Shown here piece by piece: positions 50,359 through 58,012 of a stretch of DNA of 58,643 nt; the stretch's first letter is position 1; the number at the start of each line of letters is the position of its first letter. The DNA is from Chloroflexota bacterium (GTDB lineage Bacteria > Chloroflexota > Chloroflexia > JAMCWQ01). The DNA is taken from the NCBI GenBank assembly GCA_023480825.1, contig JAMCWQ010000017.1, forward strand, positions 1 to 58,643, in the 5' to 3' direction. The notes under the pieces were generated by a model, which searched no databases, was not told where the DNA came from, and saw only the letters and a program-made list of their open reading frames with translations. The position numbers were made by a program, and so were the translations under genes.

Positions 50359-50385
50359 ATTATAGCACACCCGGAATATCGGCAA
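50359..50385 (-). promoter_or_regulatory. extended -10 sigma70-type promoter for the 27-gene operon
   Basis: On the minus strand the sequence reads TTGCCG (50385-50380), a 15-nt spacer, then TGcTATAAT (50367-50359). It lies in the only sizeable gap (187 nt) between the two minus-strand gene blocks, about 40 nt upstream of the GT2 start. Confidence 0.55.
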
Positions 50386-50499
50386 TGTCCGAGTTGCGGC
50401 TCTCCCGGCCGCTGAGTCTGCCCATGTTCGGCCTGATATTCAAACGCTCAAGGGGCAAAATTGGATTCAGGTGCGCCGCTTCGCGAGCCCTTGTTGCGG

Positions 50500-52005
50500 T
50501 CAGCCCAGCAACTCTGCAACTACCCGGGCAATCGCCTTTAGCTCTTCGTCATCTTCCTCGGTTACCCCCAAAGTGGCTGCTTCTGCGGCCAATTCGCTCA
50601 GGTAAGGTGAGGTGGGCGAGGCGGGCCGGTCCTCGGGTTCCCGGTCAGTGGTCACAGTGGGGCGGAGATCAGGTGGCGGAGGCTCAACGCGAGGAACGAG
50701 CACAGCCTGCAGCGATTCGGTGGTCCTCACCTCGGTCCCGGCGGCAGATTCATTTTCCTTCTGGGATACTTCTTGTTCGCTCCCGGGGCGCGATACCCGG
50801 GACGCCGGGCTGCTCCGGCCAGTCAGATGCGCGATAAACCGAATGTACCCGGATGCCGACGCGGCCAGCGTGTGTTCAGTAGCTATGTAGAGTCTGGCAT
50901 TCCAGCCAATGGACTCTCTCAGGGCCGGCACCTGAGCCAACAGGAGAAGGTTTTCCAGAATTTGCTCTTCTTCGGAGTCGTCCACATCTATCTTCACGCA
51001 GCAATGACCCGGCAACTCATCGAAAGCCCCGATATCGGACACCATCACGGTGCGGCCGGCGGCCATCAGCCGCAATGCTGCTGCTGAGGTCTCGCCGGCA
51101 GTCGGATAGCGCAGGCTCAAGCAGACATCCGAGGCGAACACGTAGTTCCAGAAGTCATCCTCCGTGGCAAAGCCGCGCTTCCAGACGTCGCCCTCTAACC
51201 CCAACATCCTAATCGTTTGCTTAGGGTCATAGTTGCTCGACGGATCTCCCACCAAAACGAATTTGGCATCGGGAATGTACCCCAACAGCCCTCTAAAGGC
51301 CCGCAGGGCCGAGTCAATCCGCTTGTAGGGGTTCATAAAACCGATGGAGCTGACAACGAAAGTGTTGGGGCCCAGTCCCAGAGCTTTGCGCGCTTGGTCC
51401 CTCGACCGTTGCTGAGGCAGAGGCATGCCCATATTGATCTTGGCCACAGGCTTTTCAGGAGCAATCAGCCGCACCTTGTCCTCTGCATAGCGGCTATGCA
51501 CGATCACGCCCTGGCTCTGCCTGATTACCTTCTCGCAGAGTGGATAGTCGAAGATAGCGTTGGGCCGTTGACCGCGAAAGACTCGCTTTCCCAGCTCCAG
51601 CCCCTCCTGGCCATAGAGCGCCTCCATCTCCTGCAAGTATCGCCTGATCTTTCCTTGATGGACCGCCATCCAGGTTATCAGATGGTGCAGGACCACATCA
51701 TGCAACACCACAATTCCACTGCGTTTGAACAACATCTGGTAAATGTACGCGTGGGCGGGGCTGTTGCCCATGTGGTAGACAATCGCGTCGTACCGGCGCT
51801 CTTCCATCAGGCGGTCGAACTTCTTGTGGTTGTAGATGCCGAAGCTCTGGGATATCCCGGGATTGGATGGTCTGTAACCATCTACAAATAGGTCGATATC
51901 GGCCGCGGTGCTCAGGTGGGGCAGCAGCTCCTCACTGTAATCGGATATGCCGGAACGCACCGGGTTCAACGGGCTGAAATAGGCTAGTCTCATGTCCCTC
52001 ATCAC
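50500..52005 (-). CDS. GT4-family glycosyltransferase with a roughly 110-aa low-complexity Pro/Glu-rich C-terminal tail
   Basis: The N-terminus is 'MRLAYFSPLNPVRSGISDYSEELLPHL'. Further motifs are 'FVLVGDPSSNY' and 'LSLRYPTAGETSAAALRLMAAGRTVMVSDIGAF'. The tail contains 'RVSRPGSEQEVSQKENESAAGTEV...EPPPPDLRPTVTTDREPEDRPASP'. The start is ambiguous: GTG at 52005, ATG at 52002 or ATG at 51993. Confidence 0.8.
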   Translation of the reverse strand: MMRDMRLAYFSPLNPVRSGISDYSEELLPHLSTAADIDLFVDGYRPSNPGISQSFGIYNHKKFDRLMEERRYDAIVYHMGNSPAHAYIYQMLFKRSGIVVLHDVVLHHLITWMAVHQGKIRRYLQEMEALYGQEGLELGKRVFRGQRPNAIFDYPLCEKVIRQSQGVIVHSRYAEDKVRLIAPEKPVAKINMGMPLPQQRSRDQARKALGLGPNTFVVSSIGFMNPYKRIDSALRAFRGLLGYIPDAKFVLVGDPSSNYDPKQTIRMLGLEGDVWKRGFATEDDFWNYVFASDVCLSLRYPTAGETSAAALRLMAAGRTVMVSDIGAFDELPGHCCVKIDVDDSEEEQILENLLLLAQVPALRESIGWNARLYIATEHTLAASASGYIRFIAHLTGRSSPASRVSRPGSEQEVSQKENESAAGTEVRTTESLQAVLVPRVEPPPPDLRPTVTTDREPEDRPASPTSPYLSELAAEAATLGVTEEDDEELKAIARVVAELLG

Positions 52006-52006
52006 G

Positions 52007-53053
52007 TCACGCGGTTAGACGCTCGATGACGTTCTCCCATGTAATATGGCGAACCGAAGCCAGTCCGGCGCAACCGAGTTGCGAAGCAAGGTTGGAGTTG
52101 CTCGCCAAGCGGGCAATTGCGCCGGCCAGCGCCGCCGGGTTGGACTCGGCCACAATCCCAGTCTCGCCGTCTCTCACGAACTCCAGCACTCCACCGGAAT
52201 CTGAAGACGTTATGACAGGCTTTGCCGAAAAGAAAGCCTCTACGGCCGCGTAGCCGTAATCCTCGTCAACTGGTGTGTAGACAACGGCCCGGCAACCGGC
52301 ATATAGGCCGGCTATCTCCTCATCCGGCAAGAATCCGGCGAAGCGCACCCGATCGTCGATCCCCAAACGAACCGCCTTGTCCTCCAGCATCCGCCGCTCG
52401 GGCCCGGCACCGGCAATGACGTATTGAATGCCGCCACCCGCGAGCTTGGCAGCTTCGAGGAGTAGCTCCACTCTCTTGGCGCGGTCCAGCCGGCCCACGA
52501 ACAGCACGAAATCCCCGATACCGCTTTCTCCGAGGTGGGGGTTTGCCGGCGGTGGGTAGAGCACCTCACTGGTCAGTTGGTTGTATTTCTTCAGCCGGGC
52601 GGAAACGTTACCCGATATGGCAAAGATCCTTTCCGCCTCCAACAGAGTACGACGATCGCTGGATTTGATCAGTTTCCTCACCCGCCGGTCCGCAGGTGTA
52701 TTGAGGAAGTCGCTGTACCCGGTACCATACCAGTCATATGCCTGCCGGTGCTGGTGAACGAGCCAGACTACCTTGTGTGGATGGCGAACGGCATATGATG
52801 GGAACTTAGTGCAGATGACACGGTCCACGGGGATGCCATTGCTCTCCCTTATGTCGAGCAAACGCCATGCCATTAGGCTGCGGAAGATCTCTGATTTCGG
52901 CTGCCAGTTATAAGGCAAGCTGACGACGTCCGTGCGGAAGCCACGGGATTGCAGAGCCTCCTTCAATCCTCCCACGAGCACTTCTGCCCCACCGTGCACG
53001 AACGGTACCTGGGTGGCGCAGATCAATATGTTGGTGGCCAGCCTCGCACCCAT
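52007..53053 (-). CDS. GT4-family glycosyltransferase (tandem paralog A)
   Basis: Motifs are 'ILICATQVPFVHGGAEVLVGGLKEAL', 'ICTKFPSYAVRHPHKVVWLVHQHRQAYDW' and 'YTPVDEDYGYAAVEAFFSAKPVITSSDSGGVLEFV'. I prefer the ATG at 53053, which has GGAGAG upstream, over the TTG at 53077. Confidence 0.8.
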   Translation of the reverse strand: MGARLATNILICATQVPFVHGGAEVLVGGLKEALQSRGFRTDVVSLPYNWQPKSEIFRSLMAWRLLDIRESNGIPVDRVICTKFPSYAVRHPHKVVWLVHQHRQAYDWYGTGYSDFLNTPADRRVRKLIKSSDRRTLLEAERIFAISGNVSARLKKYNQLTSEVLYPPPANPHLGESGIGDFVLFVGRLDRAKRVELLLEAAKLAGGGIQYVIAGAGPERRMLEDKAVRLGIDDRVRFAGFLPDEEIAGLYAGCRAVVYTPVDEDYGYAAVEAFFSAKPVITSSDSGGVLEFVRDGETGIVAESNPAALAGAIARLASNSNLASQLGCAGLASVRHITWENVIERLTA

Positions 53054-53066
53054 CTTCTCTCCAGGC

Positions 53067-54107
53067 TCAGCCCACAAGTGTTTCCACTACGTCCTGCCAT
53101 GTGTTCTGGGGGGCCCGTTTGTTGCCCTCCAACCCAAGCTCCTGGCACAACTTCCGGTCTTGGAAAAGTCTTGCCAGTGCCTTGGCCATCTCCTCGGCCA
53201 CAGGCTCGGTGACCAATCCGCTTTCCCCATCAGTCACGAATTCCAGAACGCCCCCGGAGTCCACGGCGGTGACTACCGGCTTGCCGGCCCTGAAGGCTTC
53301 GACTGTAATGTAGCCATAATCTTCATCTAAGGGCGCAAAGAACACGGCAAAGCAATTGGCATACAACTCAATTAGCTCGGAGTCGACAACGTATCCAAGG
53401 AATTTGACCCGGTGCGAGACGCCTAGTTGCGCCGCCAGTTCCTCTAGTTTCCGTCGCTCCGGTCCCTCGCCAACTACCACACAGTTCATCTGGGTAGGTG
53501 TGGCCGGTAAAGTCTGAAGAAGCAGGTCGACGCGTTTCGCCTTGTCCAGTCTACCAACCGATAAGACGTATTCTCCATAGGGCCCGGAGCGAAAACCCTC
53601 GCGCTGCAACGGCGGGTAAAGCGGGATCGCCTTTAGGCCGGTATATTTCTCGAGCCTGTTGGCCGTATTCTTGGAGTTGGAGTAGATTCGCCGGGATTCG
53701 AGCAACGCCCTTCTGTCCAGCTCGACTATCTGGGAACGTATCTCCAAGTCCTCGGGGCTATTCGTGAATTCGCTGAGCGGAGTGTTGAACCAATCGTAGA
53801 CCTGCCGGAATTGATGGATAATCCAGGTGACCTTGTTGGGATGCTTCAGAACATAAGAAGGGAATTTGGTGCAGATGGCCATGTCGATCGGTTCGTCATT
53901 CACCCGGTCTAGGTTGAGAAAGCGCCATGCCAGCGCGCTGCGCACGACTTGCGCCTTCGGGTACCATTTGAATGGCACTGCCACGATCTCGGCCCGGTGC
54001 CCGGCTCGAACCAAAGCGTCCCGCAGGCCCTCGACGTGCGCTTCTGCTCCGCCCCTGAAGAAAGGGACCTGAGCCACGCACACGGCAATTCTCTTTGGCC
54101 TTCCCAA
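53067..54107 (-). CDS. GT4-family glycosyltransferase (tandem paralog B, about 45% identical by eye to 52007..53053)
   Basis: Motifs are 'IAVCVAQVPFFRGGAEAHVEGLRDAL', 'ICTKFPSYVLKHPNKVTWIIHQFRQVYDW' and 'FAPLDEDYGYITVEAFRAGKPVVTAVDSGGVLEFV'. The start is a TTG. Confidence 0.8.
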   Translation of the reverse strand: MGRPKRIAVCVAQVPFFRGGAEAHVEGLRDALVRAGHRAEIVAVPFKWYPKAQVVRSALAWRFLNLDRVNDEPIDMAICTKFPSYVLKHPNKVTWIIHQFRQVYDWFNTPLSEFTNSPEDLEIRSQIVELDRRALLESRRIYSNSKNTANRLEKYTGLKAIPLYPPLQREGFRSGPYGEYVLSVGRLDKAKRVDLLLQTLPATPTQMNCVVVGEGPERRKLEELAAQLGVSHRVKFLGYVVDSELIELYANCFAVFFAPLDEDYGYITVEAFRAGKPVVTAVDSGGVLEFVTDGESGLVTEPVAEEMAKALARLFQDRKLCQELGLEGNKRAPQNTWQDVVETLVG

Positions 54108-54113
54108 CGCTGC

Positions 54114-54563
54114 CTAGTCCTTCCCGGTCACTCCGCTGGCAGATCGCTCGCTGAGGAGCTCCTCCAGCCGGTCCAGCCGCTCGTCCGTCAACTGCCATTC
54201 CCGGCGCAGCCGGTCCTCATACGCCGTTAGCTGGACTATGGCCCTTGCCACCGCCTCGTTGAAGTTGTTCTGCTGCTCCACAATTGGGTTGATGTACCAC
54301 CGTAGCAGTATCCTCATACCGCGTTTGGCATAGGAGACTAGCCGTCCAATAACTGGAGTGTTCCACATGACCGGCAAGTGGGCGGAGACATTCCAGTTGT
54401 CGTATATCTCTTGGGACAACGTTCGCAGCTCTGCCAGGCTGAGATCATAGCCGGTATCGCGGGCGCCGGACTCCGGTTCCAGCTTGCTGCGCCGCTGGCT
54501 GACCTGGTCACGCAATTCCTGCAAGAGTTGTTCAACCTTTTGCTCAAGTTCTTCTTGGCTCAT
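54114..54563 (-). CDS. 149-aa coiled-coil protein; stand-alone copy of the C-terminal domain of the adjacent GT2
   Basis: 'TPVIGRLVSYAKRGMRILLRWYINPIVEQQNNFNEAVARAI...' aligns with 'TPVVGRLVVFLREKILNLASRWYVQPILQQQVEFNQATVQSI...' in 54613..55974. Heptad-like acidic and basic helices flank it. Confidence 0.6.
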   Translation of the reverse strand: MSQEELEQKVEQLLQELRDQVSQRRSKLEPESGARDTGYDLSLAELRTLSQEIYDNWNVSAHLPVMWNTPVIGRLVSYAKRGMRILLRWYINPIVEQQNNFNEAVARAIVQLTAYEDRLRREWQLTDERLDRLEELLSERSASGVTGKD

Positions 54564-54612
54564 CTACCCCGCTCTGCTCTCCCATCACCATGACTGCTCC
54601 CGCAACCTCAGC

Positions 54613-55974
54613 TCACTCTCTTCGCCTTGCCGATTCCTCAAGCAGCTTCTCCAGCCGTGCCAGCCGCTCCTCAATCGAGTCCAAACGCTGGTTGGCGGAT
54701 CTTTCCATCGCGCTCAGCCGCTCATATATCACGGCTGCGTGCATCGTAAGAACGGAGTTTGTGTCCTCCGCTTGCCTCTCGACGTCATCTAAAACATCAT
54801 CTATAGACTGCACTGTCGCTTGATTGAATTCCACCTGCTGCTGGAGAATCGGCTGAACGTACCACCGGGAAGCGAGGTTCAGAATTTTCTCCCTTAGGAA
54901 AACGACCAGACGGCCAACCACCGGAGTCTCAGAATGGAAGGGTTGTTCTTTCACCAGCCATTTGCCCCGCAGTATGTCAGCATCATGGCGGGATGAACCA
55001 AAGTAAGAGCGCAACGAGGGCGTCTCCAGGAACGCCCGGCCTTCATTCCCGCTCACGCTGCTTCTCTCCGATTCATTTCGGCCATTCATAGCCGCCTCCC
55101 GGTAAGCTCTGTCTGATCCTAACCTATCCGCCTCCGGCATTGTATCACGAAGACGCATAGTCTCGGACGAAAGAAACCCCTCGAGCAACTCGCCCAGCTT
55201 CCAGTGTTTGGCAACGAACCGCAAACGGTTGCGGTGGTGGTAGAAGTAGTATTCTGTGCTGCGCATGTCAACCGTCGCCGACTCATAATGGGTAGCGACC
55301 GCCGTTGGCACATAGATAGTCTTGTAGCCGGCGGCAGCGGCGCGAAGGCAAAGATCTGGCTCTTCAAAGTAAGCCGGGAAGAACTGCTCGTCGAAGTAGT
55401 CCAGTTCCTCCAAAACACGCCTCTTGGCGGCAATGGCTGCTCCGGTCACGAAATCGGGCTCCCACAGCAAGTCAAATTGGCCCTCATCCTGTTCCCCATA
55501 GCCGGCGTGCCTGGTGGCCGCTTCAGGACGCTGCAAGATGCCCCCGGCATGCTGGATTGTCCGTCCATCCGGATAGAGCAATTTGCCACCAGCAATGCCG
55601 GCGGACTCGCTTCCGGCAAGCGCGGACACTATCTCCTTCACCCAGTCTTTCGCCACTACAACGTCCGGGTTCAGCACGCACAAGACATTCCCTGTCGCCC
55701 GCTTGAGACCGAGATTGGCTCCGCCCGCGTAGCCCAGGTTACCGGGCGAGCGCAGCAACAAGACATCAGGGAACTCTCTCGCCACCAAATCTGCCGACCC
55801 GTCGGTCGAGGCGTTGTCCACGACTATTGTGCGCACAACAGGATAGTCCTGAGCGGCAATAGAGTTGAGGCAGGCGGTAAGAAAGCGTATGGAATTGTAG
55901 TTTACTACTACAACCGAGACTACCGGCAGCGATGCATCCACGTTCCCTACCAACTCACTAATCCGACACGGCAA
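54613..55974 (-). CDS. GT2 glycosyltransferase (rhamnosyl/galactosyl-transferase-like) with a C-terminal 'RWYxxPIxxQQxxFN' coiled-coil domain
   Basis: Motifs are 'VSVVVVNYNSIRFLTACLNSIAAQDYP', 'TIVVDNASTDGS', 'NLGYAGGANLG' and 'LNPDVVV'. The start is the TTG at 55974 or the GTG at 55941, which lies after the upstream stop. Confidence 0.85.
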   Translation of the reverse strand: MPCRISELVGNVDASLPVVSVVVVNYNSIRFLTACLNSIAAQDYPVVRTIVVDNASTDGSADLVAREFPDVLLLRSPGNLGYAGGANLGLKRATGNVLCVLNPDVVVAKDWVKEIVSALAGSESAGIAGGKLLYPDGRTIQHAGGILQRPEAATRHAGYGEQDEGQFDLLWEPDFVTGAAIAAKRRVLEELDYFDEQFFPAYFEEPDLCLRAAAAGYKTIYVPTAVATHYESATVDMRSTEYYFYHHRNRLRFVAKHWKLGELLEGFLSSETMRLRDTMPEADRLGSDRAYREAAMNGRNESERSSVSGNEGRAFLETPSLRSYFGSSRHDADILRGKWLVKEQPFHSETPVVGRLVVFLREKILNLASRWYVQPILQQQVEFNQATVQSIDDVLDDVERQAEDTNSVLTMHAAVIYERLSAMERSANQRLDSIEERLARLEKLLEESARRRE

Positions 55975-57223
55975 ACTCGCGATAGATGTTCAACAGTGCG
56001 TCGTACTTCTTGTCCCAGGTGTGCTGGGACAACACCTTCTGCCGTCCGGCGGCGCCGAAGCGAGCCGCTACCGCCTTATCGTCCAGCAATTGCCTCGTAC
56101 GGGAGGCAATCTGTTCCGCATCGCCGAAGGGAACGAGATAGCCATCCACATCGTCATCGATCACTTCCGGTACGCCGCCCGCCCGGGCCCCGATCACCGG
56201 CTTGCCATATAGCCAGGCCTCCAGATAGACGATGCCGAAGGAATCGGTTCGCGAGGGCATGACGAAGACATCTCCTGCGGCCAACAGGTCGCGCTTGACC
56301 TCGTTGTCGACAAAGCCCAACAAATGGCAATGCTTTTTCTCCTCCGGTGGCAAGTCTTCCACGTAGCGCTCGATGTGGCTCATTACCGGTCCGGCGAGGA
56401 CCAGATCAACGGCGACGCCCTTTCGCCAGAGCAGCCGCATAGCGTCAATGGTGTGCTGCGTACCCTTTTCGTAGGCCATCGTGCCCAGCGTGAACACTAA
56501 CGGACCATGAATGCCGTGGCTTTGGCGAAAACGTTCCGCTACTCCTCCTTCGACTTCCCAGGGATTCAGGCCCACTCCCACCTTTCGGAGCAGAGATAAA
56601 GGCACGCCTTTGGCGGCCAGGAAATCCTTCTCCAGCTCCGTCTGTACTATCACGGCTTTGGAGGCGCACAGCGAGGCTATTTGGTGCTGCATGGAGTAAT
56701 ACCGCCGCACTTTGATATTGCCAGGCTCTCCCAGATGGGTGAAGGGCGTGATTAGCATAGGCACTCCCCAGGCCTTTGTGACGCGGCTGGCCGCGTACAG
56801 AAGCGAATCGAAGGGGACGTTAGTGGCATGCACGATATCATAGCAGCCCCGGCCGGCCGCCAGCGCCCGGGTCAGCCCCGGTACAAGGGGCATGCTCTGG
56901 CACATGAAGCTAAGCAGCGGCGCCATATTCAGCGGCAGAGAGGAGATTTCCGCCATGATCCTCCGCTGCACCGGGTAGACGAGCCGGGAGACGGGCACGT
57001 GCCGCACCGGGAAGCGGCGCACATGCACGCCATTGACCCATTCTTCGGCTTTGTCTACCCTCTTCTTCCCCTTGGCCCAGAAATGCTCAATGTCCCAGGC
57101 ATCAGTAGTGAAGACGTCTACGCTATGACCGTCGAGGACCAGCCTTTCGGATATCTCTTTGAAATAACCCTCCGAGCCGCCGACATAGGGGTAGTAGCGC
57201 TGGATAATGTGCAGAACTCTCAT
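55958..57223 (-). CDS. GT4-family glycosyltransferase
   Basis: Motifs are 'MRVLHIIQRYYPYVGGSEGY', 'LVLAGPVMSHIERY' and 'VMPSRTDSFGIVYLEAWLYGKPVIGARAGGVPEVI'. Confidence 0.85.
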   Translation of the reverse strand: MRVLHIIQRYYPYVGGSEGYFKEISERLVLDGHSVDVFTTDAWDIEHFWAKGKKRVDKAEEWVNGVHVRRFPVRHVPVSRLVYPVQRRIMAEISSLPLNMAPLLSFMCQSMPLVPGLTRALAAGRGCYDIVHATNVPFDSLLYAASRVTKAWGVPMLITPFTHLGEPGNIKVRRYYSMQHQIASLCASKAVIVQTELEKDFLAAKGVPLSLLRKVGVGLNPWEVEGGVAERFRQSHGIHGPLVFTLGTMAYEKGTQHTIDAMRLLWRKGVAVDLVLAGPVMSHIERYVEDLPPEEKKHCHLLGFVDNEVKRDLLAAGDVFVMPSRTDSFGIVYLEAWLYGKPVIGARAGGVPEVIDDDVDGYLVPFGDAEQIASRTRQLLDDKAVAARFGAAGRQKVLSQHTWDKKYDALLNIYREFAVSD

Positions 57224-57846
57224 TTACCGCGGCCGGCAGGTGTTCGCAGAGCTGTCTCCATGGGCTGTTTCCCGCCGCCAGTCCCCGGGTGCTCATCCCT
57301 GTGAACGGAAGTCGCAACCCCTTGCATGGCCCATTGGAGGGTCGGGAAGACCATCAAGGTATTGGCGAGGCCGAAAAGCCCGCCGGTTACCGTCCGCAGT
57401 TCCCAAGTGCTTTGGCGTAGCCCGACCAGTTGGGTCAACCCATCTATTGCCAGCGGCGCTATCAGCACCAGGTAAAGCCGCCAATTGATTGCTTTCCAGC
57501 GCCGCCCGGCGATGGCGAAGGCGATCCCTCCAAGGAGGAAGGATGCAAAGATCGCCAGGTCTCGCTCGCACATTGCCATCTGAAAGCCAAACGGCCAGTA
57601 GGAGTGGCTGGGCACCTGGGTGCAGATCACGCGGTAGGCCCGGAAGATGGGCACCCCAAACGAGCCAAGGCCGATGGACATTAGATATGGATCGAGAATG
57701 GAGATCGCTATCAGAAGAGCGACCGATGCATTGATCAGCAACAGCCAGTGCCTGGCAAACCATGCCAGAAAGCGTTCAACGCCCCCGACAACTACCCTGT
57801 CGACATCCCGGCGCCAACCTGATATCTCATTCCATTCATCTTGCAT
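57220..57846 (-). CDS. DUF2085-like small polytopic membrane protein
   Basis: The ORF track gives 57220..58254. I trimmed it to the ATG at 57846, because a consensus promoter sits just upstream and the long extension overlaps the M56 peptidase gene. The motif 'ICTQVPSHSYWPFGFQMAMCERDLAIF' resembles the DUF2085 'CHQxPxRSF...CARCxGIY' signature. Confidence 0.55.
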   Translation of the reverse strand: MQDEWNEISGWRRDVDRVVVGGVERFLAWFARHWLLLINASVALLIAISILDPYLMSIGLGSFGVPIFRAYRVICTQVPSHSYWPFGFQMAMCERDLAIFASFLLGGIAFAIAGRRWKAINWRLYLVLIAPLAIDGLTQLVGLRQSTWELRTVTGGLFGLANTLMVFPTLQWAMQGVATSVHRDEHPGTGGGKQPMETALRTPAGRGK

Positions 57847-57879
57847 GAGAAGCGATCCGTTTCTAGTTTGAGCCCTGAG

Positions 57880-57909
57880 ATTATACGAACAGCAGAATAC
57901 GCCTGTCAA
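57880..57909 (-). promoter_or_regulatory. consensus sigma70 promoter (TTGACA-18 nt-TATAAT) for the DUF2085/GT operon
   Basis: On the minus strand, TTGACA lies at 57909-57904, followed by an 18-nt spacer and TATAAT at 57885-57880. The predicted transcription start is about 27 nt upstream of the ATG at 57846. Confidence 0.65.
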
Positions 57910-58012
57910 CGCGGGGAAGAATGGACCATGAACAGGCGACGGGCTGGCCGGAGGCCGCATTACCGCGTATGCCATGAAAATATTCGGCGGTCGCTGGATG
58001 AAGTGCTCCCTG

